A DNA stretch of 64,000 nucleotides from NCBI GenBank assembly GCA_004431415.1, contig QPMI01000657.1, forward strand, positions 206,281 to 270,280, read 5' to 3'. The translations under genes and the position numbers were made by a program. Numbering within the stretch: position 1 is the stretch's first letter; every line of letters begins with the position of its first letter. Of this stretch, positions 11,360-25,400 are shown piece by piece. This DNA is from Cyanophora paradoxa CCMP329 (lineage: Eukaryota > Plantae > Glaucophyta). The notes beneath the pieces were generated by a model. That model did no database searches and was not told the origin of the DNA. It was given only the letters and a program-made list of their open reading frames with translations.

Positions 11360-13668
11360 ATGTCAAGCTCAAGCACTGATCGCGATCGTGCGAAGCGCGC
11401 GGAGAAGCGCGCGGAGAAGCGCACTCGCGTCGATCGCGAAGAGCCGCCACCAGCGATATCGAATGCACCGCTGCCATCGGAAGCGCTGTCGGATTCGGTC
11501 GTCAACAATATTCTCAACGCGGTCGGGCTGCGGACGAGCGGTGCAAGCAGGTCAGCTCTGGCGTCGAGCCGTTCGAATTCAAAGCGTTTTAATTTTGACG
11601 TCGACTGACCCCGCGCGCGCGACTCGCAGCCAGTGGCTTCAGATGTTGAGAGGCACGGAGTGGGCGAGTTTCAAGCTGCGCGTGGGGATGAAGGCCAGCG
11701 CCGAAGCGGAGCAGCCGCAGCCGCAGACGGTCGATCCCAAAGACACGATCGGCGCGGCGACAGCGCTCTTCGAGAAGCGACAGTTGCGGCTCAGCGGTGG
11801 GGCTAGCGTCTCACTTCTGTTTAGCCAGGAGTCGAAAAATGACGGCAACTCGGACTACGTGGCCTACAGCCATCGCACGGCAGAGGCGGTGTGCAAAATC
11901 CTATCAGCCATCACCCTCAGCCACAGCGGCCCACAGCAGCCAGGAGAGGTGACGGTTGCGATCGGAACCGACTGGAAACACGGAGGTCCTAACGATGAAG
12001 GTTTTCTTCGCGCCTTCGTGCTCGACGTGCTGCGGGCGTTGCGTCCGTCAGGAGGGGCGGCAAGTGTTCTGAAAAGTCTCAGCATCGGCTTTTTTGGCGG
12101 AGAGTACGCTCGCTCACAGGCGTCGTGGCCGTCAGCGGCCGAGCTGCAGGCGGCCCTCGCGCCCTTCGGGGCGCTGCGCACGCTCAACCTATTCTTCAGC
12201 AACTTTGCTGGCGGCTTCAGCCCGGAGTCTGCATCGGCTATCGCCTCCGCCTGTCCTCTTCTCCGCTCTCTTAGCTTCCGTCCGGAGAAGGCATCGATCT
12301 CAGCGGCACTGGCGGCTCTGGCGCCGCTCTCGCAGCTGGAGACCCTCGTTGTGATGAACGACGGGAGCGGTGGCCGCCGCAGCGATGTCGACGTCGGCGG
12401 CGGCTTGGTTGCACTTGCGGACGGCGCCGCGGGCCTCAGCCTGCGCAGCATCGACTTCACCATCGAGCGGGGCCTGTGCCAGTTGCAGTGCGCATGCGTC
12501 GCCCTAGTTTTCTTGTCCGATGGTCACCCTATATAGGCCTTGAGCTTGTTTTCGCACTCTTCACCCTTGCATTATGTTGCACTTACAGCAAACGCGGCAG
12601 CGATTTTTCATATATGCGCAGAGATGTTTCGTTTGGAGTTCAGGGATCGCGTCTCTCGGACGCCGATGTGGTCGCTCTCAGCCGCATGCCGAAACTCGAA
12701 TCCTTCGGCACCCTGCTGGTGCGCATCACCGTAATAATTAAGAAGTTGTAATTATAATAACTAAAGCGTACACAGTAAATATTTAATGACTACAATTCGA
12801 AAATCTAGCTCTTGATCATGACCTCATCCGGATCCGAGAGCACATGTACATACTCACGATCGAGATTGCCACACAGGTCGCGGGTGTGACACGGGGGCCC
12901 CTCCAGGCGATCAGCCGCGCCCCGTTCCGGCTGCAAGCCGAGGCGGATGTCGACTGGGCCGACTGGAAAGCCTTGGCCTACAAGATCTCCTGCCTGCCTC
13001 CCTCGACCCGACTCCATCTAGACATGTGCATCATGCCTTGCTATACAATTCCGCGTGAGTGCACTTTATCTTTCCTGTCTCCCTTTTACACTTTTACGTA
13101 TACACGCATACATTAATTACTCCCGCTCCATGTGCACCGTCAGCTTCCCACGTGTGCCCGCGCCCCGAGGAAGTCGCCGCGTTCCTCCGGAGCCCCGGCG
13201 TGCAGCGCAGCCTCGTCCGCCTTCACATGGACCTCGTCATGGGCCCGCTGGAGACAGTGGTGGCGAAGGCCATGCGAGGACTGCAGTCGATCGAGCGCAT
13301 CTACATCACTTTCTCGGGCATAGATGTGATGCTCCAACCCGTGGCCCCTTTCAAGGTTTGAAATATTCGAGCTGTTTGCATGATCATGAATACATGTCAT
13401 AGTGTAGTGTAGCGATTAATATTGCAACTGGCCATGGGCGACGCTAACCGGGGCGCGGCGGCGCCAGGTCCTCGGGGGCCTGCCCCTCGGCGTCGCAGTG
13501 GACATCGAGTTCGATATGCCCGAGGACTTCGAGTTCGGCTCGGACGGGGAAATCGACAAGACCGGCTACGATGAAACCTGGAAGGCGATTGACAAAACCT
13601 TCAAGGCGATAGAGCGCGCCCTCCGCATCCCGGAGCGCCCAAAGTCTTCCGTAGAGAGTCACTCGTAG
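11360..13668 (+). CDS. spliced host gene, F-box-like N-terminus with LRR-like repeats
   Basis: ATG at 11360; LPSEALSDSVVNNILNAVG is F-box-like; intron ~11551-11629 (GT...CTGAC...CAG); LRR-like segments LKSLSI, LRTLNL, CPLLRSLSF, LSQLETL, MPKLESFG; last exon ends ...KSSVESHS* at 13668. Exon boundaries are only partly resolved. Confidence 0.6.
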
Positions 13669-14071
13669 GGACGTCCTGACGGGCCGCGGCCGCGCATACG
13701 ACGCTGGATTCCTTGCCTTGTTCGCAATGTTACGTACACCTTAAAAACAAATCGCCGTGTTGCTGCTGTGCGGTGAAACATTTGTTTTCGTATTTATAGC
13801 TGCACGTACAGCGTTTTCGTTCGCATTCATTCACGTCAGCATTCACTCACGCGCACGCACCATATATCCGATCGCGATGAGGATCGTTACATCAAAGACT
13901 AGTGGCCCGGCCGCGTTTTGGCGCGCCGGGGGTGCAAGGGGGGAATCTGGATCTAATGAAAGAGTAGTAGTGGCACGAACATGCACGGGGCAGATGTAGA
14001 TCGACCCCGGCCCCCGGCCCCGCAGCTGGGCAAAGAAGGCAATAACCGCCGTTGCAAGCCCCAGTACTAGT

Positions 14072-14257
14072 GCTACAACGCTGGAACTGTACGCTCTCGC
14101 CTTCAACAATGCCTTCAGGCAGTTCTGCACCAGTTTTTAATTTGCGGCCTCGTCCCATGTTAGCTACAACGCTGGAACTGTACGCTCTCGCCTTGCGCTG
14201 CAGCTGCACACACGCTCCAATTGCAACGCTGGAACGTTAACTGTACGCTCTCGCCTT
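14072..14257. repeat. three copies of a ~30-bp motif
   Basis: CAACGCTGGAACTGTACGCTCTCGCCTT at ~14076, ~14167 and ~14224; the third copy carries a 6-bp insert. Confidence 0.8.
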
Positions 14258-14752
14258 TGTTATTCGCAACTCGAGCTCGAGTGCTCGCTCCAGACCGCCG
14301 GTGCAGCACACTTGCGTTCGCTGTTCAGCTTGCCGCTGACGCGCTCAATACCCGGATTCAACTCGGAACAGTTTCGCTGTCAAAGTTTCTCGCGGTTGAC
14401 AGGCCAATCTCTGCTATTCGAAACTCGAGCTCCTGCAGACCGGCGTACGACCTGCTGGAGATCTAGACTCGAGCTCCACCGAGCTGGACTGCTGGCCGGG
14501 TGGCAGACGGCACGTACGCAGGCACGCGGCGCAACGCGGGGCACACGCGGGGCGCAGACTAAGGAAACAAGTGCCACGTCGTGCGCAGCACGCGAACTAG
14601 TCTGCTGGCCAGGTGCCGAGCGCAACAAGAGCGCCCGGCCCAGCAGGCGTGCTCGGCCGGCTCACGCGGTTCTGCGGCGCACGCGATGTCGGCGGCTTGC
14701 TGAGCGCAGCAAGAGACTAGCTACATGTACAGTCTGGACTCAGTGACTGCCG

Positions 14753-15168
14753 CGCAAAATTTAGAGGAGACAGCGCTAGCTAGCGCTGGTAGAAGTGGTT
14801 GGCATGCAAAACCGCCGCGTGACACCCCAGCGCCGCGCGAAGGAGAGGCCCGGAGAGCTCAGATCTACAGCTAGAGCCTAGCAAAATTTAGAAGAGAAAG
14901 CTGGGAGAAGTGGTTGCCATGCAAAACCGCCGCGTGACACCCCAGCGCCGCGCGAATGAGAGGCTAGCAAAATTTACAGGAGACAGCTGGGAGAAGTGAT
15001 TGCCATGCAAAACCGCCGCGTGACACCCCAGCGCCGCGCGAAGGAGAGGCTAGCAAAATTTAGAGGAGACAGCTGGGAGAAGTGGTTGCCATGCACAACC
15101 GCCGCGTGACACCCCAGCGCCGCGCGAAGGAGAGGCCCGGAGAGCTCAGATCTACATCTAGAGCCTAG
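14753..15168. repeat. tandem repeat, four copies of a ~85-125-bp unit
   Basis: GCAAAATTTAGAGGAGACAGCTGGGAGAAGTGGTTGCCATGCAAAACCGCCGCGTGACACCCCAGCGCCGCGCGAAGGAGAGG repeated four times. Confidence 0.9.
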
Positions 15169-16056
15169 AAATTGGTTTTCCCCGAGTTCCTGCAGACCGC
15201 CGGGCAACCTGCTCTAGACTCAAGTTCTGACTGCAGCTGCAGACTGGAGAGAGAAGATGAGAGCTGTCGCGAAGAGACGACAAGATCGAAAGAGAGAAAA
15301 CTGGTTTTCCCCCTCGAAAACCGCTTTTTGCGTGCACGCTCCCAGCGACCAACACGTGTCGCAACGCCATTTTGGCTCATTTTTTTCCTGCGTTGCAAAC
15401 TGGACCTCGAAAACGGCCTCATAGAAGAATTTTGGCTGAAGCGAGGGAACGGGAAGCAAGGGGGGGAAGACCTTCGGTCTTCTTTTCCCCCCTTGCAAAA
15501 AAGCTCGATCGCGAGCGTTGTATCTAATTATTTAAATTAGAACCTCGAGCTGCGAATTCGAATGGTTAACGTTACACGACCGTCGGGCGCGTACACGTAA
15601 CGTGTCGCTCTCGCCTTAGTATACGTAGTGGGATCATCGCATTGTCAAGACCTGATCATGATATCGATGGGCCTCCCGCGCGCGGGCTTTCGCCGAGTCG
15701 CAGACTCGGGAGTTCGACAATGTACATCAATATCTACAACCGGAAAGTACAAAGGATGCGAAAACACAGAACATGTACACCCAACAACTCCAAATAAATA
15801 GCTAGCTAGCTCGGGAGTCGGGACTGGCCTGGCGCCCTAGTATTGACACAAATATTAATATCCTGCGAAACTGCAACAAGTCGCAAAAGTGAAAAGCGCA
15901 AAATCCTGTAAAGTGCGAAACTGAATCTCGAAGGTGCTAAAATCAAAGGCCTTGCCCCGAAGCTATCTACTTCATAACAAAGTAAATTTCAAGCGCATCA
16001 TGGCATCTGCTGCCGGGCTGCTGTAGGACGCGGGGCGACGAAATTAAAGCTCTGCG

Positions 16057-18484
16057 CTAAGCCGAGAGGGGCGCCGTGGCGCCGGCCGCGGGCCGCATCA
16101 CGCCGGCAGGCGGGGCCGGGAGGGCGGTTCCGGGTCTGGAGGGAGCCGGCGCCGCCAGCTTGGAGGGGAGGTCGACAGGGGCCGCGCGGACGCAGAGGTC
16201 CCGCGACGGGACGAGGATCTCTGCGCGCGCGCGGAAATGCTCAGGCGAGCTCGAGCGAGCTCGAGGCGCGCGCGGCCAAATTACTAAGTTAAAGCCTGGG
16301 CGGCGGGGCGGCCGCACCCTCGCCCCGGCGGATGTCGCGGCTCGCCACCAGGTTGAGCCCGTCGAAGACCTGCCCGTCGCGGGCGAGGCGCGCGCGGTGA
16401 GCGGGAGGAACTCCCACGTGCACCCAGGGCTGCCGCCGGAAATTTAAAATTGAAGGGCGGAATGAATTGCGAACCGCGTTGAACTTCGAGTCGTCGCTCT
16501 GCACGTACCTGCGCGAATGCAAGAAGTTAGCGATTTAAGCAAATGAGACAGAGGCGCGGTGGGGCGGCCGCGGGGCGGGCCGGGGCGCGGCGGGGCGCAC
16601 TGCCACTTGGCGGCCTTCTCGCTGGACTCGACGAAGACGAGGGAGGGGGCGCCCCGGTGCGGCGACACGCGGAAGCCCGTCTGGCTCTGCGGCCCGCGGC
16701 GCGGGCCGCCGGCCTCGTCAGCTGCAGGCAATGAACCCGGAGGGGCGGGAGGCCTAGGGGAAGGACCAGCTGGGAGGAGCGGGCGAAGGAGATGGCCGTG
16801 TCGACGTGGACCTGCGCCGCGCCGCGCCCGGGCTCGCTCGAGCTCGGGTGGGCGGGGGCGGCCGCGGGGCGGGCAGGCAGGCAGCTGCAGGAGGGCGGGC
16901 GGGCCTTGGAGACGACGGGGAGGAGCTGGCCCTCGTTGTAGACGACGGTCTCGCCGGCGCGGATTGGGCCCGTCGCGAAGATCCCCAGCGGGCCCTCCCG
17001 CGTCCGCATCCGCACCTGCCGCGCCCTTGAGGCCTAAGCGGGGAAGAGCGGGGGAAATTAAAGGGGGGAGGGGGCGCGGGCCTCGAACTTGGAGCGGCGG
17101 CGCTCGTGCGCCCGCAGCGCCGTCTCCATGATCTGCCCGCGAGGTCGGACCCAGAGTGCGGGGTGGGGGTGGCGGGGCAGACGCGGTCGACGAAGGCGCG
17201 GTGGCCCCCGTTGGCGTGCAGGATCTGGTCCGCAGACTTCCACTCGCTGCGCGGGGGGCGGCGCTCAGCCGCCAAGTCGGGCAGAGGGGGAAGGGGCGGG
17301 GAAGGCGGTGGCCATGGGCCGGGGGCACCTCCGGGGGTAGAAGACCCCGCAGTTCGGGTTGATCTCGAGGAAGAAGATGCGGCCCTGCGGGGGGAAAGGG
17401 GAGGTCGATTTGAGACGCTCCGTCAGAAGATTTGCCTCGGGCTTCAGGGGCGGGCCTCGGGGTCGACGCGGAAGTCGCAGCGGCCGTAGCTGGTGCCGCG
17501 GAGGGCGAGGAAGGCCCGCCGCGCCTCCGCCATCACCCGCGACGCCAGCGCCTCCTCCTCCAGCGCCTTCCACGCCACCTGCCGGGGGGGGGGGGGGGGG
17601 GGGGGGGGGGTGGGGGGGAGGGGGGGACGGTCAGATCTGATCCGATTCGAGGGGTCGGATCGGATCTGATCATGATCTGAGCACCTGGGAGGGGTCAACG
17701 AACTTGATCCCGAAGTGCTGCGCCGCCGGCCGCCACAGGCGTCGGTCCCCGGACGGGGGTGCGGGGCCGCGGCCGGTGCCGGGGGGTACGCGGGAGCGCA
17801 CCTTGAAGTCCTCCCCGGGGGGGAAAGAGCACTCGACGGGGCGGTAGACGGTCGGCTGCTCGGGCCGCCCCGGGTCCTCCGCCACCAGCACCGTGAACTC
17901 ACTGCCGGGATGGTTCCTCGCGGTCAGGGGCGGGCGGAGAAGTGCGGGGGTACTGGTTCTTTCTAGAGCTGCGCGCTGGGCACCGGCCCGGGATGAACTC
18001 CTCGACGAGGACGCCGCCGTACTGGGCGAGGAAGGGCGCCGCCTGGTCCCGCAGCTCCTCCGCCGTCCCGCACTTGCTCCGCCTGCCGGCGGCCTTGAGA
18101 GATCGGCCTCGACAGCTCAGGGGGGCGGGTGGGCGGACTTGGACATGCCGATGGAGCCGGAGGAGTTGGGGTGCTTGACGATGACGGGGAAGTGCAGGAG
18201 GCGCGCCGCCGCCTCCACGTCCTCCTCGTCCGCCGCGAAGAAGAACGGCGGCGTCACGATCCCGTGCTGCTGCACGGCGCGGCGCCGGCGGCTCAGGACT
18301 TCAGAGGAGGGAAAGAAGGGCCGGCCGCGGGACGAAGAGGGGTGGGTGCGGGGCGCACCGATGTATTTCACTGCGATAACGAGCGAGCCGGGCCGGGGCG
18401 GGCGCATGGGCAGGGCGCATGGGCACGAAAATTAAGCTGCGCGCGCACTCTTGTTCTTGGGGAGGCGGTAGAAGTTCGGGTCCG
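16057..18484 (-). CDS. host D-Ala-D-Ala-ligase-like ATP-grasp protein fused to a SET-like domain (3' exons)
   Basis: Spliced peptides: ADPNFYRLPKNK-MKYI; HGIVTPPF..FPVIVKHPNSSGSIG; VLVEEFIPG-REFTVLV; EDFK-HFGIKF; YGRCDFRVDPE-GRIFFLEINPNCG (ATP-grasp); GIFATGPIRAGETV and LNLVASRDIRRGE (SET). About 14 short introns. Confidence 0.8.
17584..17627. repeat. G-rich homopolymer tract inside an intron
   Basis: A run of about 27 G followed by TGGGGGGGAGGGGGG. Confidence 0.9.
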
Positions 18485-18517
18485 CTGTTCACGTGCCCGG
18501 GGCACGAGAGGGCGGTC

Positions 18518-18555
18518 CACTGGGGCTTAAGAAAGTCTGTTTCCCGGGGGAAACA
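18518..18555 (+). repeat. left TIR
   Basis: CACTGGGGCTTAAGAAAGTCTGTTTCCCGGGGGAAACA. Confidence 0.9.
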
Positions 18556-19452
18556 GTCACATGTTTCCCGGCTAGCCGGGAAACATGCGCCAGTTTCCCG
18601 GGAGGTGGGAAACAGAGCTGTAACCTGGTCGTGAGGCGAGTCAGCAGCGCGGGGACGCAGCGCTGTGCCACTGCGTACGCTGACCTTACCTACATAGCTG
18701 AGGATGGCGCCGCAAAGAGCCGATGGCCAGATTGGCCCGGTTGGCCGTTTGCTGCTGTGACCGGGTTCGTCAAGAAAACGAGCGCGCGCCACCAAAGCGC
18801 GCGGTTCAAAGTTGCTTACAGCTCATTTGGAGACGTTCTAGGCGGCTAAAACGTGTGCTTTGGGGTTGGCGTGGTCCGCCGATCAAATGTTGGGCAGAGC
18901 CCGGAACGCATCGGTGGCGCGCCATTCTGCTGCAGAAATGCTTTGATGTGATCGATAAAGCAAACTCGAGACCCGCGGCTCGCGCCGGAGAGCGATCTGT
19001 GTAACGTGCGGGTCGGGAAACACCAGGTGGGAAACGCGGGCGAGTTGCATGGCTTGGCCAACCACGTCACTGGCGCTCGCTGGGAGTCCAGAACGACGCC
19101 TGTACATCGTCTGGTGCTTAGATGCAACGCTTAGATGGTTGAATAGCGCCGCTTTTCAACCTGTCTGGCTTGACGACGTCGTGCTGTGTTTCATATCGGA
19201 CTCCTCCCCCCCCCTTTGAAGCTGTATCCCTGCTAGCCAGGAAACGTCTGCGCATGCAGCTTTTGCGGGGTTCTTTGAAGTTGCTGTTTCTCGTCCAGGA
19301 TGCTATGATGCCTAAATGCGATGCCGTTCACGTTGTGACTTGAATTCGGCCATGGCTGAGGTGCGACGTACCTTGCGCACATGCATTCGTTTCTTAGGGA
19401 AACATCTCGCACCCAATTCCAAAGCACCGCTAATGATGAATTCTTAGTTCCC

Positions 19453-22400
19453 AACGAGTGCTTAATTCGAAATGAATGATGCTACTGACCTTCGCCGTGC
19501 ATGCACTCTGATCGGCCGCCTCACGGCTGGAATCACTGAATCAGAAACGACCCACTTATGCACGCCGCCATCGCCAGAGCCGACCGCCCGAGATGGCGAT
19601 CATGATCACTCTAGATCAGCGAGGTGCGGCTCAGGCCGCAAACGAGCAGTTGCAGGAGTTGCAGCTACGATAATGCTAACCGGATTTAGGAAATGGGAGA
19701 GCCGCTCGCCCTCCCAGTGCAGTAGTAGCGACAGTGCGGCAAAGCCGTGATCATGAGTACTGAAAACTAGCTTCCAAGGCTCTCTGCGAGGTTGCCCGCT
19801 TTAAACGAGTGCTTAATTCGACATGAATGATGCTACTGACCTTCGCCGTGCATGCACTCTGATCGGCCGCCTTACGGCTGGAATCACTGAATCAGCAACG
19901 ACGTCGACCCATGCCGCCATCGCCAGAGCCGACCGCCCGAGATGGCGATCACTCTAGATCAGCGAGGTGCGGCTCAGGCCGCAAACGAGCAGTTGCAGGA
20001 GTTGCAGCTACGATAATGCTAACCGGATTTAGGAAATGGGAGAGCCGCTCGCCCTCCCGGTGCAGTAGTAGCGACAGTGCGGCAAAGCCGTGATCATGAG
20101 TACTGAAAACTAGCTTCTCAGGCTCTCTGCGAGGTTGCCCGCTTTAAACGAGTGCTTAATTCGAAATGAATGATGCTACTGACCTTCGCCGTGCATGCAC
20201 TCTGATCGGCCGCCTCACGGCTGGAATCACTGAATCAGAAACGACCCACTTATAATTATGCACGCCGCCATCGCCAGAGCCGACCGCCCGAGATGGCGAT
20301 CACTCTAGATCAGCGATGTGCGGCTCAGGCCGCAAACGAGCAGTTGCAGGAGTTGCAGCTACGATAATGCTAACCGGATTTGGGAAATGGGAGAGCCGCT
20401 CGCCCTCCCGGTGCAATAGTAGCGACAGTGCGGCAAAGCCGTGATCATGAGTACTGAAAACTAGCTTCCAAGGCTCTCTGCGAGGTTGCCCGCTTTAAAC
20501 GAGTGCTTAATTCGACATGAATGATGCTACTGACCTTTGCCGTGCATGCACTCTGATCGGCCGCCTCACGGCTGGAATCACTGAATCAGCAACGACGTCG
20601 ACCCACGCCGCCATCGCCAGAGCCGACCGCCCGAGATGGCGATCACTCTAGATCAGCGAGGTGCGGCTCAGGCCGCAAACGAGCAGTTGCAGGAGTTGCA
20701 GCTACGATAATGCTAACCGGATTTGGGAAATGGGAGAGCCGCTCGCCCTCCCGGTGCAATAGTAGCGACAGTGCGGCAAAGCCGTGATCATGAGTACTGA
20801 AAACTAGCTTCCAAGGCTCTCTGCGAGGTTGCCCGCTTTAAACGAGTGCTTAATTCGACATGAATGATGCTACTGACCTTCGCCGTGCATGCACTCTGAT
20901 CGGCCGCCTTACGGCTGGAATCACTGAATCAGAAACGACCCACTTATGCACGCCGCCATCGCCAGAGCCGACCGCCCGAGATGGCGATCATGATCACTCT
21001 AGATCAGCGAGGTGCGGCTCAGGCCGCAAACGAGCAGTTGCAGGAGTTGCAGCTACGATAATGCTAACCGGATTTAGGAAATGGGAGAGCCGCTCGCCCT
21101 CCCGGTGCAGTAGTAGGGACAGTGCGGCAAAGCCGTGATCATGAGTACTGAAAACTAGCTTCCAAGGCTCTCTGCGAGGTTGCCCGCTTTAAACGAGTGC
21201 TTAATTCGAAATGAATGATGCTACTGACCTTCGCCGTGCATGCACTCTGATCGGCCGCCTCACGGCTGGAATCTCTGAATCAGCAACGACGTCGACCCAC
21301 GCCGCCATCGCCAGAGCCGACCGCCCGAGATGGCGATCACTCTAGATCAGCGAGGTGCGGCTCAGGCCGCAAACGAGCAGTTGCAGGAGTTGCAGCTACG
21401 ATAATGCTAACCGGATTTGGGAAATGGGAGAGCCGCTCGCCCTCCCGGTGCAATAGTAGCGACAGTGCGGCAAAGCCGTGATCATGAGTACTGAAAACTA
21501 GCTTCCAAGGCTCTCTGCGAGGTTGCCCGCTTTAAAAGAGTGCTTAATTCGAAATGAATGATGCTACTGACCTTCGCCGTGCATGCACTCTGATCGGCCG
21601 CCTCACGGCTGGAATCACTGAATCAGCAACGACGTCGACCCACGCCGCCATCGCCAGAGCCGACCGCCCGAGATGGCGATCACTCTAGATCAGCGAGGTG
21701 CGGCTCAGGCCGCAAACGAGCAGTTGCAGGAGTTGCAGCTACGATAATGCTAACCGGATTTGGGAAATGGGAGAGCCGCTCGCCCTCCCGGTGCAATAGT
21801 AGCGACAGTGCGGCAAAGCCGTGATCATGAGTACTGAAAACTAGCTTCCAAGGCTCTCTGCGAGGTTGCCCGCTTTAAACGAGTGCTTAATTCGAAATGA
21901 ATGATGCTACTGACCTTCGCCGTGCATGCACTCTGATCGGCCGCCTCACGGCTGGAATCACTGAATCAGAAACGACCCACTTATGCACGCCGCCATCGCC
22001 AGAGCCGACCGCCCGAGATGGCGATCACTCTAGATCAGCGAGGTGCGGCTCAGGCCGCAAACGAGCAGTTGCAGGAGTTGCAGCTACGATAATGCTAACC
22101 GGATTTAGGAAATGGGAGAGCCGCTCGCCCTCCGGTGCAATAGTAGCGACAGTGCGGCAAAGCCGCGATCATGAGTACTGAAAACTAGCTTCCAAGGCTC
22201 TCTGCGAGGTTGCCCGCTTTAAACGAGTGCTTAATTCGAAATGAATGATGCTACTGACCTTCGCCGTGCATGCACTCTGATCGGCCGCCTCACGGCTGGA
22301 ATCACTGAATCAGAAACGACCCACTTATGCACGCCGCCATCGCCAGAGCCGACCGCCCGAGATGGCGATCACTCTAGATCAGCGATGTGCGGCTCAGGCC

Positions 22401-25400
22401 GCAAACGAGCAGTTGCAGGAGTTGCAGCTACGATAATGCTAACCGGATTTGGGAAATGGGAGAGCCGCTCGCCCTCCCGGTGCAATAGTAGCGACAGTGC
22501 GGCAAAGCCGTGATCATGAGTACTGAAAACTAGCTTCCAAGGCTCTCTGCGAGGTTGCCCGCTTTAAACGAGTGCTTAATTCGAAATGAATGATGCTACT
22601 GACCTTCGCCGTGCATGCACTCTGATCGGCCGCCTCACGGCTGGAATCACTGAATCAGAAACGACCCACTTATGCACGCCGCCATCGCCAGAGCCGACCG
22701 CCCGAGATGGCGATCACTCTAGATCAGCGAGGTGCGGCTCAGGCCGCAAACGAGCAGTTGCAGGAGTTGCAGCTACGATAATGCTAACCGGATTTAGGAA
22801 ATGGGAGAGCCGCTCGCCCTCCCGGTGCAATAGTAGCGACAGTGCGGCAAAGCCGCGATCATGAGTACTGAAAACTAGCTTCCAAGGCTCTCTGCGAGGT
22901 TGCCCGCTTTAAACGAGTGCTTAATTCGAAATGAATGATGCTACTGACCTTCGCCGTGCATGCACTCTGATCGGCCGCCTCACGGCTGGAATCACTGAAT
23001 CAGAAACGACCCACTTATGCACGCCGCCATCGCCAGAGCCGACCGCCCGAGATGGCGATCACTCTAGATCAGCGAGGTGCGGCTCAGGCCGCAAACGAGC
23101 AGTTGCAGGAGTTGCAGCTACGATAATGCTAACCGGATTTAGGAAATGGGAGAGCCGCTCGCCCTCCCGGTGCAGTAGTAGCGACAGTGCGGCAAAGCCG
23201 CGATCATGAGTACTGAAAACTAGCTTCCAAGGCTCTCTGCGAGGTTGCCCGCTTTAAACGAGTGCTTAATTCGAAATGAATGATGCTACTGACCTTCGCC
23301 GTGCATGCACTCTGATCGGCCGCCTCACGGCTGGAATCACTGAATCAGAAACGACCCACTTATGCACGCCGCCATCGCCAGAGCCGACCGCCCGAGATGG
23401 CGATCACTCTAGATCAGCGAGGTGCGGCTCAGGCCGCAAACGAGCAGTTGCAGGAGTTGCAGCTACGATAATGCTAACCGGATTTAGGAAATGGAGAGCC
23501 GCTCGCCCTCCGGTGCAATAGTAGCGACAGTGCGGCAAAGCCGTGATCATGAGTACTGAAAACTAGCTTCCAAGGCTCTCTGCGAGGTTGCCCGCTTTAA
23601 ACGAGTGCTTAATTCGAAATGAATGATGCTACTGACCTTCGCCGTGCATGCACTCTGATCGGCCGCCTCACGGCTGGAATCACTGAATCAGAAACGACCC
23701 ACTTATGCACGCCGCCATCGCCAGAGCCGACCGCCCGAGATGGCGATCACTCTAGATCAGCGAGGTGCGGCTCAGGCCGCAAACGCGCAGTTGCAGGAGT
23801 TGCAGCTACGATAATGCTAACCGGATTTAGGAAATGGGAGAGCCGCTCGCCCTCCCGGTGCAGTAGTAGCGACAGTGCGGCAAAGCCGTGATCATGAGTA
23901 CTGAAAACTAGCTTCCAAGGCTCTCTGCGAGGTTGCCCGCTTTAAACGAGTGCTTAATTCGAAATGAATGATGCTACTGACCTTCGCCGTGCATGCACTC
24001 TGATCGGCCGCCTCACGGCTGGAATCACTGAATCAGAAACGACCCACTTATGCACGCCGCCATCGCCAGAGCCGACCGCCCGAGATGGCGATCACTCTAG
24101 ATCAGCGAGGTGCGGCTCAGGCCGCAAACGAGCAGTTGCAGGAGTTGCAGCTACGATAATGCTAACCGGATTTAGGAAATGGGAGAGCCGCTCGCCCTCC
24201 CGGTGCAGTAGTAGCGACAGTGCGGCAAAGCCGTGATCATGAGTACTGAAAACTAGCTTCCAAGGCTCTCTGCGAGGTTGCCCGCTTTAAACGAGTGCTT
24301 AATTCGAAATGAATGATGCTACTGACCTTCGCCGTGCATGCACTCTGATCGGCCGCCTCACGGCTGGAATCACTGAATCAGAAACGACCCACTTATGCAC
24401 GCCGCCATCGCCAGAGCCGACCGCCCGAGATGGCGATCACTCTAGATCAGCGAGGTGCGGCTCAGGCCGCAAACGAGCAGTTGCAGGAGTTGCAGCTACG
24501 ATAATGCTAACCGGATTTAGGAAATGGGAGAGCCGCTCGCCCTCCCGGTGCAGTAGTAGTGACAGTGCGGCAAAGCCGTGATCATGAGTACTGAAAACTA
24601 GCTTCCAAGGCTCTCTGCGAGGTTGCCCGCTTTAAACGAGTGCTTAATTCGAAATGAATGATGCTACTGACCTTCGCCGTGCATGCACTCTGATCGGCCG
24701 CCTCACGGCTGGAATCACTGAATCAGAAACGACCCACTTATGCACGCCGCCATCGCCAGAGCCGACCGCCCGAGATGGCGATCACTCTAGATCAGCGAGG
24801 TGCGGCTCAGGCCGCAAACGAGCAGTTGCAGGAGTTGCAGCTACGATAATGCTAACCGGATTTGGGAAATGGAGAGCCGCTCGCCCTCCGGTGCAGTAGT
24901 AGCGACAGTGCGGCAAAGCCGCGATCATGAGTACTGAAAACTAGCTTCCAAGGCTCTCTGCGAGGTTGCCCGCTTTAAACGAGTGCTTAATTCGAAATGA
25001 ATGATGCTACTGACCTTCGCCGTGCATGCACTCTGATCGGCCGCCTCACGGCTGGAATCACTGAATCAGAAACGACCCACTTATGCACGCCGCCATCGCC
25101 AGAGCCGACCGCCCGAGATGGCGATCACTCTAGATCAGCGAGGTGCGGCTCAGGCCGCAAACGAGCAGTTGCAGGAGTTGCAGCTACGATAATGCTAACC
25201 GGATTTAGGAAATGGGAGAGCCGCTCGCCCTCCCGGTGCAGTAGTAGCGACAGTGCGGCAAAGCCGCGATCATGAGTACTGAAAACTAGCTTCCAAGGCT
25301 CTCTGCGAGGTTGCCCGCTTTAAACGAGTGCTTAATTCGAAATGAATGATGCTACTGACCTTCGCCGTGCATGCACTCTGATCGGCCGCCTCACGGCTGG

